Notes: generated by a model not told the origin, from the letters alone. 64,000 nucleotides of DNA from an uncultured Trueperaceae bacterium (GCA_963799485.1 CAWCXJ010000004.1:1-64000); one strand, 5' to 3'. Counted from the stretch's first letter, positions 52,035 to 62,874 are shown. Program-made: numbers and translations.

Positions 52035-54164
52035 TTACGCTTTGCGGTCGGTTTTCCGGGGCGCACCGCGGCGAAGCTCGAGCCCCCGCTGCTCAGTCCG
52101 GTAGGACGTTCCCTCGATAATCACGGCGACGGTGTTAAGGATATAGATTCCGACAAGAACGAGGTAGAGCGTCAGAGGTGAGGTGGGCTCGCGGCCGAAC
52201 AGCGACAAGGCTGCTGCACCCAAAATGGCCCACGGCACGAGCAGAAAAATCCCCCACATCTCGTCGGCGAGGCCTGTTCCGGGGAAGAGGAGCGCTGACA
52301 GCTGATAAACCCGGCTGCGCGGCGCATCATAGGCGCTACGCGGGCGCGGGACGAACAAAAAGGTGAGGTGAACGAGTGCGACGAGCAAAAATGCGAGTTG
52401 CAAAATGCGCCAGAGGACGAGGCTGAAACCGTAGGGCGGGGCGCTCAGGGCGCGTTGCGGATTGGTAAAAATGTCTGTCAGCGCCGTTTGCCAGCTTCCC
52501 GAAGCGACGCTAAAGTCGTTTGGTGTCGGCAGGGCGAGAGCGGGGCGTGCGGGTCTGTACTCTGCCTGAAAGGGGAGCAGCGCCCGGTCGCCGGTGTTGT
52601 AGCGAGCGGCGGGCAAATTGGGTAGGAGCGCCAGCGCACGCCTGTAAAACGCTTTGTTTTCGGTTAAAACGCCCAGATTGTTAAGTGCGGGTGCGTAATT
52701 CCCGGCACCGCGTAAAAGGGCTTCGGCTTGGGCGTCTCCCAAAATCTGCTGCGCCGTACCCCGGATAAAAGCCGCACGTGGGCCGCTGAGGTCTGTAGTT
52801 GATTCATCCAGATAGGCTTGCGCGGCCCGGTTTGCGAGGGTGCCGGAGCCGATAACCCGCGTGGGTAGTTCGCCGCGTTCGGCCCAGCTGCCGAGCACCG
52901 CCGCGCCGAGAGTCAGCGCCAGCAACAGGAGCAGTACGAGCTTTTCACTCAGCGTGTCGTAATGCAGGGCAAACCAGGGCAAGCGACCGCCGTTACGGTC
53001 GCTGCTATGGTCACTGCGGCGGGCGCGGGCGTATTTGGCGAGCAGCGTCAGGTGCAGCGCAAAAAAGGCGATGAGCAGGGCAGGGACGAGCTTCCAGCCG
53101 GCGCGGGCCAGCGTTAAGCCGAGGCGCTCCAGTACATTTTCGCCGGAGCCTGGCTCGCGGGCGGCGCGGTTTTCCCAGAGCGCGGCCTCATCCGGTGGGC
53201 CGACGCGCCGGAGGAGCGCAGCGTAGCCTCCAAACGCCTCGGTTGCCCCCGGTACGCGCGGGGCAGCGAGCCATAACCGCTCGGCCCAAAATCCGGCGCT
53301 GAGGTCGTCGTTTTTCGCCAGTGCGTTTTGCAGCGGCGCGAGCGGAAAGTTGTAAGCAGCTGCCAGCACCCCATCGGTCAGCAACCTCGGGTCGTACCCT
53401 CTTGCCGCAAAGTCTCCGAGCGCTTTACCGAACGCGTCCTCGGCGAGTGCCCGCTCTTCCTGAGCTGCCAAGACGGTCGCAAGTCCGGCGAGGTCGTAAA
53501 AGGTCGTGGCTACCTGGACGGCTTTTGTAAAGGCCGCCCGCGCGGTTTCCGGGTTGCGTTGGTTGAGTCCTTGCCGCAGGTAAAGCCACGGGTTCGTCGG
53601 GTCTCGGCGTAGCCGCGCGGCTACGTCCGGGACGTTCGCCTCGGCGCGGAGGTAACCGAATGTTTTGGGGTCGATACCAAACCTGACCGGCTCCTGCAGC
53701 GCGCCGCCCCGCAGGGTAAAACGCTCTAAAAGTGTGTCCGAATGCCGTACGATAATTCCTGTAGTCTCGTCGTCAACACGTTCTAGACGGGCAACCGGCC
53801 CGGAGACGGTAAAGCGTTCCAGAATCGTTCCGGTTTGCGGCTCCAGCTCAAGCACACTGTTCCCGTGCCCGAGATAAAGTTGCGGTTCGGCTCCCGCCGT
53901 CTGCTGAAGGAAAGATTGTGACGTGGAACCGCTCCCTTCGGGAAACGTCAGTGTCCAGAGCTGCTCGTCGCCTTGGGTCGCGCTGACGCCGTTGACCGTG
54001 CGCGCCACCTGGAGCGTAGCTGTTGCGGACGGTTCTGCTGCCGGCGTCATAGTTCTGAGTTGTACGCTCTGTGCGTGTGTGTAGCCGAGGAGCACACAGC
54101 AGGTCATTACCAAGCTCGCGGATCGTCGCCACAGTAACGAGGTCGGCTGGAAGATGAGCTGCAT
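52035..54164 (-). CDS. Large membrane protein with TPR-like segments
   Basis: Signal-like N-terminus, several TMs, ALNNLGV...ARYN TPR-like motif. Confidence 0.75.
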   Translation of the reverse strand: MQLIFQPTSLLWRRSASLVMTCCVLLGYTHAQSVQLRTMTPAAEPSATATLQVARTVNGVSATQGDEQLWTLTFPEGSGSTSQSFLQQTAGAEPQLYLGHGNSVLELEPQTGTILERFTVSGPVARLERVDDETTGIIVRHSDTLLERFTLRGGALQEPVRFGIDPKTFGYLRAEANVPDVAARLRRDPTNPWLYLRQGLNQRNPETARAAFTKAVQVATTFYDLAGLATVLAAQEERALAEDAFGKALGDFAARGYDPRLLTDGVLAAAYNFPLAPLQNALAKNDDLSAGFWAERLWLAAPRVPGATEAFGGYAALLRRVGPPDEAALWENRAAREPGSGENVLERLGLTLARAGWKLVPALLIAFFALHLTLLAKYARARRSDHSSDRNGGRLPWFALHYDTLSEKLVLLLLLALTLGAAVLGSWAERGELPTRVIGSGTLANRAAQAYLDESTTDLSGPRAAFIRGTAQQILGDAQAEALLRGAGNYAPALNNLGVLTENKAFYRRALALLPNLPAARYNTGDRALLPFQAEYRPARPALALPTPNDFSVASGSWQTALTDIFTNPQRALSAPPYGFSLVLWRILQLAFLLVALVHLTFLFVPRPRSAYDAPRSRVYQLSALLFPGTGLADEMWGIFLLVPWAILGAAALSLFGREPTSPLTLYLVLVGIYILNTVAVIIEGTSYRTEQRGLELRRGAPRKTDRKA

Positions 54165-54367
54165 AGCTGTATTATATGCATCCGATTACGTGCACCCGTT
54201 TTAGAGCTTGAACTTCAGGGTGAGGGGTAGGTAGAGCTTTTCGGCCTCGAGCCCCGTCCAGCCAATAAAAGGGTGGCGTAAGGTTGTAGTATTTTCCACG
54301 CACCACGCGCGCAAAAGTAAAAAAGCGTGCCCTTCCCGGGGGCTATGTTCCCGTTATACTAGGTTTT

Positions 54368-55063
54368 GTGGAGATTATTCCCTGGGCCGCTCTCGCCGCA
54401 CCCTTTTCGGCTGCGGACTTATGCTGGCGCGTCGTCAAGCTTTCGCCCGATCGCCTGAGCGCGCAGGTGCGCCCGCAACTCCGGGCAGAGGCGGTCAATG
54501 CCCGGTTTAACGCGGTTCTTGGCGTCGGCGGCTGGTCGCAGAGTTTCGCCGCGCTCGGTGAACGCGGGCTGGTTTGCACGCTCGGCATTGCGAGCGTTTC
54601 CAAAGCTGCGGTCGCACCCTACACCGCCGAAACCGACCTGAACGGCACCGCTGAAGACGCCCTTGCCGCTGCTGCCATGCTCTTCGGCCTGCGTCCGGCA
54701 GTTGTACTAGACGAGCTGCCGTGGGTCGACTACGACCCCGAGCAGCAGCAGCCCCTTTACGAACCCAATCTAGCTGGTGCAGAAGAGGTCGATGCGGCTT
54801 CGGTTACAACCCGGCCCGAACCGGCGCAACCCACGGCCCAGCCAGCCTCCCCAGCGGAAGCCCAGCCCGCCGCTCAACCTGCCGCCAAATCTGCTGGTCA
54901 GCAAGCCATCGACAAGCTCGTCGACCGCCTCAAAGCTGACGGCAAGGGGCTCGGTGCGGCAAAGCTGCTTAACGCCTACGGAGGCTACGGGAGTGACCCG
55001 AACGCGGCCAGAGAACTCTACGCCAAACTCAGAGAATTGCTGCGCGAGGGTTCTGCACCGTGA
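54368..55063 (+). CDS. Rad52/Rad22-family (DdrA-paralog-like) protein
   Basis: LAAPF...WRV...AVNARFNAVLGVGGWS N-domain; P/A/Q linker; helical C-domain. Confidence 0.65.
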   Translation: MEIIPWAALAAPFSAADLCWRVVKLSPDRLSAQVRPQLRAEAVNARFNAVLGVGGWSQSFAALGERGLVCTLGIASVSKAAVAPYTAETDLNGTAEDALAAAAMLFGLRPAVVLDELPWVDYDPEQQQPLYEPNLAGAEEVDAASVTTRPEPAQPTAQPASPAEAQPAAQPAAKSAGQQAIDKLVDRLKADGKGLGAAKLLNAYGGYGSDPNAARELYAKLRELLREGSAP

Positions 55064-55136
55064 GACGTCCCATGAAAGAAGTACTGTGAGAAAAGTACCG
55101 AGGAAAGTACTGTGAGCGAAACCCTGTGAGAGCAGG

Positions 55137-55916
55137 ATGACGGGCGCACACGACGCCGCACCGGGAACACACAGGATTCTCGCGCTCGGCGATGTTCACG
55201 GGCAGTGGGCCGAGCTGTGGGGTGCGCTTCGGGCAGCAGGTATGGCAAGCGACGTAGGCGAACCGACTGTGCCGGTTTTGGAAAACGCTGCCGAAATCAT
55301 CTTGATCGGCGACCTGGTGCATTACAAAGACGCGGCAAGTTACGCTTACGCGGTCGGTGAAGAAGTTTTCGACGCGGGCAACCCGAAGCAGCTGCGGCGG
55401 GCAGCCAAGGCGCAAATCCGCGAACTCTACCGTTTTAAGGATTACATGGAACGCGCCGGGGGTTGCGTCAGCGTGATTTTGGGCAACCACGATGAGGCGG
55501 CCCTGACGCACGAATATACCCTGGCACTGCGCGGCGGCTTGGAGCATAACGAATTCGACCCTGCCAAGGGCGGGTTGCCCCTCCCCGACGATTTAAGGGC
55601 GTGGATGGCAAGTTTTCCCCGTCAGAAAATCCTCGGCAATATTCAGTTTGCCCACGCCGGGCCGCTACCGGGGATGCAGTACTACGACGACTTCTTTTAT
55701 CATGACCCCGATACCAAGGGGTGGTGGCGTGACAAACCCGAGCTGGCGCAACAGTCGGGTTACCGTTTCGGGGTTTACGGGCACACGGTTATGTCTGAAG
55801 GCATTTTGCTCGATAAAGCGAACATGTTTGCGATGGTCGACGCGCTCGCCAAACGGCAATACCTCGAGCTCCAGCTCCAGGGCGGCGACCTCTACGCTGA
55901 AATTAAGACCTTCTAG
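55137..55916 (+). CDS. Calcineurin-like metallophosphoesterase
   Basis: GDVHG, GDLV, GNHD, HAG, GHT motifs. Confidence 0.9.
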   Translation: MTGAHDAAPGTHRILALGDVHGQWAELWGALRAAGMASDVGEPTVPVLENAAEIILIGDLVHYKDAASYAYAVGEEVFDAGNPKQLRRAAKAQIRELYRFKDYMERAGGCVSVILGNHDEAALTHEYTLALRGGLEHNEFDPAKGGLPLPDDLRAWMASFPRQKILGNIQFAHAGPLPGMQYYDDFFYHDPDTKGWWRDKPELAQQSGYRFGVYGHTVMSEGILLDKANMFAMVDALAKRQYLELQLQGGDLYAEIKTF

Positions 55917-55917
55917 C

Positions 55918-56454
55918 GTGCCGGGCAGGGTTTCGGCAGTTAGTCTCAGCGCAGCCCACACATTTAGTAAAGCACCGGCATCGGTTATTAAACTCGTCGC
56001 CGGACTCGGCGTCTCCGGCGACGCACACGCAGGTCAGGTGGTACAACACCGTTCGCGTGTTCGCGCCGATCCTACTCAGCCCAATTTACGGCAAGTTCAT
56101 CTAATCCACGAAGAGCTTTTTGCGATGTTGGCGTACAAAGGCTCTGCCGTAAAGCCTGGAGAACTCGGCGAAAACATCACCACAAAAAGGCTTTATCTGC
56201 CAGCGCTGCCGACTGGGACGCGGTTACATATCGGTGAGGCGGTTCTCGAGGTTACCGGCCTCCGAAACCCGTGCGCGCAGATAGACGGGTTTCAAAAGGG
56301 ATTACTGGGAGCTGTTTTAGCTTGCAACGCCGAAGGTAAGTTCCGCAAAGCCGGAATTATGAGCGTCGTGCTGGCGGGTGGCGAAGTAAGCCCGGGGGAC
56401 GACATCGGGCTCGAGCTGCCGCCGGAACCGTGGGCAAAGCTGAAGCGGGTTTAG
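55918..56454 (+). CDS. MOSC domain protein
   Basis: GDAH, RQVHLI, GENITT, TGLRNPCAQID. Confidence 0.88.
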   Translation: MPGRVSAVSLSAAHTFSKAPASVIKLVAGLGVSGDAHAGQVVQHRSRVRADPTQPNLRQVHLIHEELFAMLAYKGSAVKPGELGENITTKRLYLPALPTGTRLHIGEAVLEVTGLRNPCAQIDGFQKGLLGAVLACNAEGKFRKAGIMSVVLAGGEVSPGDDIGLELPPEPWAKLKRV

Positions 56455-56864
56455 CTCGCGGTTTTGAGCGTGCGTACACCGCGTAGAGGCCACTGCAGGG
56501 GTTGCTGCCCGGATTCTTGTACGTAGTAAAATAGTGCGGACTTCGCTTAATTCGTTCATACGAACAAACAAGCCGAGGCTAGCGAACGGGAATGATACGG
56601 AGGTTCTTAATACCGTAAACGAACCTTGGGGTCTCCACGCCTTGACCAACCGGTTTGTATCCGAAGATAGGCTTTTACGAGTAATTCGTACCGGACTATA
56701 AAACTCTGTTTGTCGCCTGTGTATTTTGTGTCGTATACTGGCCCCAGTGCCTACGCGAAGGATGAAGTTTCCTTTACATAACCCTGGTTTAGTGCCGGGG
56801 TTTCGCCTGCTAGGATGCGCCCTATGATGTGCGTTTCCCCTCTTTTCAGATTCTCAGGTGCTAG

Positions 56865-57224
56865 ATGAACGCACTGCTCTTGTGGTTTATGCTCGTCCAA
56901 ACACTGACCGGTGGACACGAGATGGTTCCCGGTACCGTCGTAACCCTGGCTGCGCCCGACCTCGTTCCGGTCTACAGCTCAGCAGTCCTGAAGCAGCAGA
57001 AACTCGTTTTTAACGTAACGCTCGAGCCTGAAACCGAGGTTCGAGTGCTGATTATTCCGCCGGGTGGCGAGGCAGCCGCGAGCGAAGCCCCCTACGGTCG
57101 TATCGGGCCTACCGGCGACGATATTTTTGTGCAGTTCAGTGGCGCAGCCAAGGCGGTTTCGTTACGCAAGTGGTTAGCCGAAGAATACGACGTCGAGCTT
57201 ATGTTCAAGCCTTCCGGAAACTGA
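56865..57224 (+). CDS. Hypothetical exported protein
   Basis: 119-aa ORF with hydrophobic N-terminus, 7 nt before the regulator gene. Confidence 0.6.
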   Translation: MNALLLWFMLVQTLTGGHEMVPGTVVTLAAPDLVPVYSSAVLKQQKLVFNVTLEPETEVRVLIIPPGGEAAASEAPYGRIGPTGDDIFVQFSGAAKAVSLRKWLAEEYDVELMFKPSGN

Positions 57225-57231
57225 GGGAACT

Positions 57232-57960
57232 GTGCCTGTAGACGATCCTAAAGACAATCCCGAAAACACCCCGCGAGCGGCCCCGAACGCGCTCCTTGAA
57301 AAACACATCTTGATCGTCGAAGACGACGTAGATATCAGCCGCTTGTTAAGTCTCGAGCTTTCCGAAGCAGGGTTCAAGGTGACGGCGTGCGACACCGGGA
57401 TGCGCGGCCTCGCGGCAGCTAGAGAAGAGGAGCCCGACCTTATCGTCCTCGACCTGGGCCTCCCCGACATCAGCGGAGCCGAAATCGCCCGGCGGGTGCG
57501 TAAAACCAGCACCACACCCATCGTGATTCTGACCGCCGCCGACGACGTAACGACCAAGGTCGATATGCTCAACGCCGGGGCCGACGATTACCTTGCCAAA
57601 CCCTTTCACGCCGAAGAACTACTCGCGCGTATTCGCGTTCAGCTTCGGCACCAAAACGCCGGTTCCGCGCAGACCGTCGGCGATTTGCTCCTCGATACGC
57701 ACCGCCGTCAGCTCTACTGGGAAAAACAAGAAGTCCGTCTCTCACCCCGTGAATTCGACCTTATCGTCTATCTTTGTGGCGCACCCGGACGCGTTTACAC
57801 TCGCCTGGAAATCGAGCAAAACGTTTGGGGTGAAGAGCTGCCGCCGTCGTCGAACGTCGTCGACGTACATATCGCCAACATCCGCGCGAAACTCCGTGAA
57901 GTCGGGGGTTACGGCCTGATTCGCACCGTGCGCGGTATCGGTTACGCGATTAAAAGCTAG
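57232..57960 (+). CDS. OmpR family response regulator
   Basis: VEDD, LDLGLPD, KPF, SNVVDVHIANIRAKL, RTVRGIGY. Confidence 0.95.
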   Translation: MPVDDPKDNPENTPRAAPNALLEKHILIVEDDVDISRLLSLELSEAGFKVTACDTGMRGLAAAREEEPDLIVLDLGLPDISGAEIARRVRKTSTTPIVILTAADDVTTKVDMLNAGADDYLAKPFHAEELLARIRVQLRHQNAGSAQTVGDLLLDTHRRQLYWEKQEVRLSPREFDLIVYLCGAPGRVYTRLEIEQNVWGEELPPSSNVVDVHIANIRAKLREVGGYGLIRTVRGIGYAIKS

Positions 57961-58221
57961 TTGGGCTGACGCGCTGAACGCAAAAAGCAAGCACTAGGAA
58001 CCAAGCGTTGAAGTGTTGATCCGCTTAAAGTTTGCTTAGGCGTTCATCAGCTAGACATCGAGGTCGTTTTGGTGAGCCGTAGTCGCAACCTGTTCGGGTA
58101 TTTACAATGACTATCGACACAATATTTATTCGCAATTTATTCGCAGCCTTACCAACGAGCATGACAGCGTCGGTAAGTTCTCATTAAGCTCGGCTTAAGT
58201 CTCATGTGGCAAGCTCATTTT

Positions 58222-59616
58222 ATGGTTAAACGGCGCGGTATCGCGCTCCGGTGGCGGATTGCAATCTTTAGCAGTCTGGCGATCGCGTTTCTCAGTTTGT
58301 TGGCGTCGGTAGCAGCTTACGCGGTGGTGCGCTCGAGCCTCGTCGGGGATTTGCAGCGCGCGCTTAAAGCCGATGTTGCGCGGGTTGCCGCTGCTTACAC
58401 GACCTCTCAAGAAGAGGTAGCCTCGAGCGCGACACCTGCACGAGTAGGCTCACCAGCTACCGGTTCACCAGCCCAGCTTGGTGCCAGCGATCTGCAGAGC
58501 GTGGCGACGGGTGGTGTAATTATTCAGCTTTATACGAGTACAGGCGAGCGCTTGGCTGCCTCGAACGACGCGACCGCACCCCGCTCCCCGTCGCTGCCTG
58601 TCGCAGTTGTAACGGCGGCCCTGACAGAGCCGCAGACGTGGCGGGGCGAACTCGCAGGTAGTCCGGTGCAGGCGGCGCTAGCACCTGCAAGTCTTGGGGT
58701 CGTCGCCGTGCTCGCCCCGGCAGGCTACATCGGGGCGGCGCTCGGGCAGCTTGCCAGAGTTCTGGCACTCGCTGCGCTTGTCCTGGTGGTTCTAAGTATC
58801 GTACTCGGTTACCTCGTCGCAGCGGCGGCGGCGCGCCCGGTGACGCAGCTCGCCAACGCTGCCGCGCAGCTCGACCCGGGCCAGCTGACGCCGATCAGCT
58901 ACTACGGCCCCGACGATGAGGTCGGCAAGCTGAGCGCTGTTCTCAACGACCTCATCGAACGTCTCAAGCTCTCCGTCGAGGCGCAGCGTACTTTCTTAGC
59001 TGAAACCAGCCACGAACTCCGTACGCCGCTTACGAGCTTGCAAGGGTTTCTAGACCGTTCGGTACGGCGCTCGCCGCCTTCGATGCGGGGGGAACTCGAG
59101 GACGCCCAGCGCATCGCCCGTTCGATGTCACGGCTCGTTTCCGACCTTTTACAACTTACGCGGGGTCAACTCGTGCGTGAATACACGCCGCACCTCTTAG
59201 ACCCTATGACTGACATTCTCAGACCCGTCGCGGAGGAGTTTCCGGGGGTGAGGCTCGAGGCCAAGCCCGGTCAACTCCTGCTCGGCGATCCCGACCGGCT
59301 TAAACAGCTCGTCCGCAATTTGACCGCAAACGCCGTGCGTGCGGCAGACAACCCGCGTAAAGTTACGCTGGGTCTCGTGACAACCGGTGCCCACGTCGTT
59401 CTGTTGGTACGTGACCGTGGCCCCGGTATCCCCGAGGAGCTTTTGCCGCATATTTTCGAAAAGTTTCATAAAGGGGTCGGCGGCGGTGCGGGCCTCGGTC
59501 TAGCGATTGCCAAACAGATTGCCGACGCGCATAGCGGCACGCTCACAGTCGAAAGCTTTAAGGGGCGCGGGACGACCTTCCGCGTTACTTTGCCCGCCGT
59601 TGAAGAGGACGACTAG
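58222..59616 (+). CDS. HAMP sensor histidine kinase
   Basis: Two TMs, HAMP, SHELRTPL, NLTANA, DRGPG, GAGLGL; start 58204 or 58222. Confidence 0.93.
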   Translation: MVKRRGIALRWRIAIFSSLAIAFLSLLASVAAYAVVRSSLVGDLQRALKADVARVAAAYTTSQEEVASSATPARVGSPATGSPAQLGASDLQSVATGGVIIQLYTSTGERLAASNDATAPRSPSLPVAVVTAALTEPQTWRGELAGSPVQAALAPASLGVVAVLAPAGYIGAALGQLARVLALAALVLVVLSIVLGYLVAAAAARPVTQLANAAAQLDPGQLTPISYYGPDDEVGKLSAVLNDLIERLKLSVEAQRTFLAETSHELRTPLTSLQGFLDRSVRRSPPSMRGELEDAQRIARSMSRLVSDLLQLTRGQLVREYTPHLLDPMTDILRPVAEEFPGVRLEAKPGQLLLGDPDRLKQLVRNLTANAVRAADNPRKVTLGLVTTGAHVVLLVRDRGPGIPEELLPHIFEKFHKGVGGGAGLGLAIAKQIADAHSGTLTVESFKGRGTTFRVTLPAVEEDD

Positions 59617-59629
59617 CTCAGCCTACGCA

Positions 59630-60178
59630 TTAGAGTTTAGGCAACGTTACGCCGCGCTGTCCCTGATACTTGCCGTTACGTGACCTGTAGCTGACTTCAG
59701 GTTTGTCGCCCTGAAAAAAGAGCAGTTGTACGATGCCTTCGTCCGCGTAAACTTTGGCAGGGAGCGGGGTCGTGTTCGACAGCTCGAGCGTTACGTGTCC
59801 CTCCCAACCGGGCTCTAAGGGGGTCACGTTCGCAACGATGCCGCAGCGTGCATAACTCGACTTGCCGAGTGCCACGACCATCACGTCTTCGGGTACGCGC
59901 AGATACTCGACCGAGCGCGTCAGCACAAACGAGTTGGGCGGGATGATGCAGGTTTCTCCCTCCGCCTCGACGAGCCCGCGCAGATCGAAGTTTTTGGGGT
60001 CGACCACGGTGTTGAAAACATTGACGAAGATGCGCCATTCAGGGGCGGCGCGCAGGTCGTAACCAAACGACGACAGCCCGTATGAGATGACGCCTTGCCG
60101 CACCAGACGATCCTCAAAAGGCTCGATCATGCCTTTGTGCGCTTCTTGCCGAATCCACCAGTCGGGTTTGATACTCAT
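59630..60178 (-). CDS. dcd: dCTP deaminase
   Basis: [38 protein letters not shown]. Confidence 0.96.
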   Translation of the reverse strand: MSIKPDWWIRQEAHKGMIEPFEDRLVRQGVISYGLSSFGYDLRAAPEWRIFVNVFNTVVDPKNFDLRGLVEAEGETCIIPPNSFVLTRSVEYLRVPEDVMVVALGKSSYARCGIVANVTPLEPGWEGHVTLELSNTTPLPAKVYADEGIVQLLFFQGDKPEVSYRSRNGKYQGQRGVTLPKL

Positions 60179-60210
60179 GCGCTGAAGTTTACCCCGGATT
60201 TGGCGACGCG

Positions 60211-60765
60211 CTAAGGTGCCGTAAAAGAAACACCCAGTGAAACATCAAAAGCTTGACCGAGTTCGGGAAAAAACAGCGGGCGGTGGGTGTAGACGAGAAT
60301 CAAGGACGTTTCGGCTGAGAGCTGATAACTGAGCGCGGCGCTGAGCGCAACGCCGAACGACCCCGCCACGTAGCTGAGGCCCGTCCCGGCGTAGCTGCGA
60401 AAACCGAACACGTCGTCAGCGCCGGGTAAAAAGCTGTACCAGCCACCCATATCGAGCGTCAGGTCGCCGTCGAAAGCAAAAACCGCGTAAAAGGCGGCGG
60501 TCTCGGTCAGCGGCTGAATCCCGCGAAAGCCGATACGCAGGTGCGGCAAAAGTCCTTCGGCGCTGGGTCTGTAACCGAGACCCGACTCGAGCCACAAGCT
60601 AGGGGGCATCGGCTCCGGTTCGGGTGAGGACGTTTGCTGTGCTGATGTTGGACTCTGTGACGATGTTTGACTCGCCGCCGTTTGTGCCGATTCTTGCGCG
60701 TGTGCTGTCCCTGTCAGGTTTCCGGCAAGGCTGAGGCAAATGAAGACAAAGAGGGTAGCGCGCAT
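60211..60765 (-). CDS. Exported protein, possible small beta-barrel
   Basis: Signal peptide, S/T/Q linker, amphipathic strands ending VSLGVSF. Confidence 0.6.
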   Translation of the reverse strand: MRATLFVFICLSLAGNLTGTAHAQESAQTAASQTSSQSPTSAQQTSSPEPEPMPPSLWLESGLGYRPSAEGLLPHLRIGFRGIQPLTETAAFYAVFAFDGDLTLDMGGWYSFLPGADDVFGFRSYAGTGLSYVAGSFGVALSAALSYQLSAETSLILVYTHRPLFFPELGQAFDVSLGVSFTAP

Positions 60766-60812
60766 AAAGGCAGTCTACCGCAGAGACATCACTGCGGCGT
60801 TATAGTCGGGTT

Positions 60813-62648
60813 ATGACGTTGCAACCGCCGCCCGTAAGCAAAAAAGAGCTGGTACGGCAGCTGAGTGAAGCCGCGAGACTCCTCGAGCTGCTCGGCGCGG
60901 ACGGCTACCGGGTCAACGCTTACGCGGGCGCGGCGCGGCAACTCGACGCGTTTTCCGGCGATTTTACCGAGCTGTTCAGTGCGCGGCGGCTTGCCAGTCT
61001 GCGCGGTATCGGCGACGGGTTGGCGAGTGAGATGTACGCGCTAAGGACGCAGCCCCGGCTTGCTGTGCTGGACGAACTTTACACCCAGATTCCGGAGGGC
61101 GTCCGTGGGCTTTTGCGTATCTCGGGTCTGGGGCCGAAAAAGGTGCGTCTACTCTGGCTTGACGGGATTGAGAATATCACCGAACTCGTCGCAGCCGTAG
61201 AAGACGGACGCGTTGCCAAGCTCAAAGGTTTCGGGACTAAAAGCGCACGAACGATTTTGGAAGCTGCCAAGTTTGCCCTGCGCGCTTCGGCGCGGCTCCG
61301 GCTCGATGAGGCCGAGATGCTGGCTGCAGCGTTTACCGAAGCCTTTACGCAGACGTTCCCGGCAGCGACTCTCACGTGGGTCGGAGAACTGCGGCGGAGC
61401 CTCGAGACCGTCGGAGAACTGCGCGCCCTCGTCGTCGGCGTTACGGCAGAAGCGTTGGAAAAGGAACTCGAGACCTTTGGCGGCGAAAGCGAAGCAACCG
61501 AGACCGGCTTTAGCGTGACCTTTGCCGAAAGAACGCTCGAGCTTATCCCTACCCACGCCTCCGCGCTGGGAACGGCGCTGGCACTTACGACCGGCGACGA
61601 AGCGTTTACTGCGGCGCTTCAGGAACGCGCTGCAGAGAAGGGCTTGCGGCTTACGCGGGTGGGGCTGCTTAAGGCTGAAGAACGCCTTGCGACCCCCTCT
61701 GAAACCGACGTGTTTGAGTTTCTCGAGCTGCCTTATACGCCACCCGAACGCCGGGACGTGCCGCTCGGCTCGGCTACCGAAAACCTGATTACGCTCAGAG
61801 ATTTGCGTGGGCTGGTGCATAACCACTCGAGCTGGTCGGACGGGGCTGCGCCGCTCCGCGAAATGGTAGAAAAGGCGCGCGCCCTCGGCTACGCCTACCT
61901 GGCGATGGCCGACCATTCCAAAACGTCGTACTACGCCAACGGCTTAAGTATTGAGCGGGTGTTTGCTCAGGCAAAAGAGATCAGGGCCATTCAAGAAGAG
62001 CTGAAGCGTGAGGGCTCGGCGTTTCGGGTGCTGCACGGGCTCGAGGTCGATATCATGCCGGACGGTACACTCGACTATCCCGACGAGGTGCTCGCCACCC
62101 TCGATTACGCTGTCGTCAGCGTGCATCAGCACTTTACGCTGGGTAAAGCCAAGCAAACAGAGCGCATCGTCCGCGCCGTACAAAACCCCTACGCGCACAT
62201 CTTGGCGCATATGACGGGCCGCTTGCTGCTCCACCGCCCGAGCTACGAAGTCGACGTCGAGGCGGTTTTACGCGCGTGTGCCGAGACAGGTACATTTGTC
62301 GAGCTCAACGCCAGCCCCTATCGCCTCGACCTCGACTGGCGGCTGGTGATCCGCGCCCGCGAACTCGGCTGCCGCTTTTCAATCGACCCCGACGCACACC
62401 ACCCGGACGGTTACAAAGACCTCCGCTACGGCGTTATGATGGCCCGTAAAGCCGGTTTGACGGCCCTGGACGTGGTAAACACTGCGCCTACAGCCGAGGC
62501 TTTCCTGACGCGCCTCGCGGCTCAGCCCGACCTGCTCGGTTCGTTTTCCGTAGCTGCATCAGAACGTGTTGACACCCTCTTAGGTGCGTGCTACCCTGCG
62601 TATTCGGACGCGGACGAGAGTACGCGTGTTCGAACCGACGAAGACTAG
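60813..62648 (+). CDS. polX: DNA polymerase X / PHP protein, non-canonical
   Basis: HhH motifs GIG, GLGPKK, GFGTKS; PHP motifs HNHS, DHS, LEVDI, SVH, DAHH. Confidence 0.92.
   Translation: MTLQPPPVSKKELVRQLSEAARLLELLGADGYRVNAYAGAARQLDAFSGDFTELFSARRLASLRGIGDGLASEMYALRTQPRLAVLDELYTQIPEGVRGLLRISGLGPKKVRLLWLDGIENITELVAAVEDGRVAKLKGFGTKSARTILEAAKFALRASARLRLDEAEMLAAAFTEAFTQTFPAATLTWVGELRRSLETVGELRALVVGVTAEALEKELETFGGESEATETGFSVTFAERTLELIPTHASALGTALALTTGDEAFTAALQERAAEKGLRLTRVGLLKAEERLATPSETDVFEFLELPYTPPERRDVPLGSATENLITLRDLRGLVHNHSSWSDGAAPLREMVEKARALGYAYLAMADHSKTSYYANGLSIERVFAQAKEIRAIQEELKREGSAFRVLHGLEVDIMPDGTLDYPDEVLATLDYAVVSVHQHFTLGKAKQTERIVRAVQNPYAHILAHMTGRLLLHRPSYEVDVEAVLRACAETGTFVELNASPYRLDLDWRLVIRARELGCRFSIDPDAHHPDGYKDLRYGVMMARKAGLTALDVVNTAPTAEAFLTRLAAQPDLLGSFSVAASERVDTLLGACYPAYSDADESTRVRTDED
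62569..62597 (+). promoter_or_regulatory. tRNA-tuf operon promoter
   Basis: TTGACA-17-TACCCT with extended TG, inside the polX tail. Confidence 0.65.
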
Positions 62649-62724
<76 letters not shown>

Positions 62725-62789
62725 GGTTTTTAGAGGTATCATCTGTAATTTACTTACAGATGTGACTGTAAAAATCGTTTTCAGGGTAC

Positions 62790-62874
62790 GGGTAGGTGCC
62801 CGAGTGGTTAAAGGGGACGGACTGTAAATCCGTTGGCTACGCCTACGCTGGTTCAAATCCAGCCCTACCCACCA
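62790..62874 (+). tRNA. tRNA-Tyr(GTA)
   Basis: Long variable arm, loop CTGTAAA, CCA. Confidence 0.96.

Noticed and set aside
55079..55130. AAGTACTGTGAG repeats as a CRISPR array
   Set aside because: Units and spacers are far too short and there are no cas genes.
55648..55917. N-terminal extension of the MOSC ORF
   Set aside because: Overlaps the phosphoesterase gene; the GTG at 55918 fits better.
56455..56864. Possible ncRNA in a 400-nt AT-richer spacer
   Set aside because: No recognisable family motif or convincing stem; an Rfam scan would be needed.
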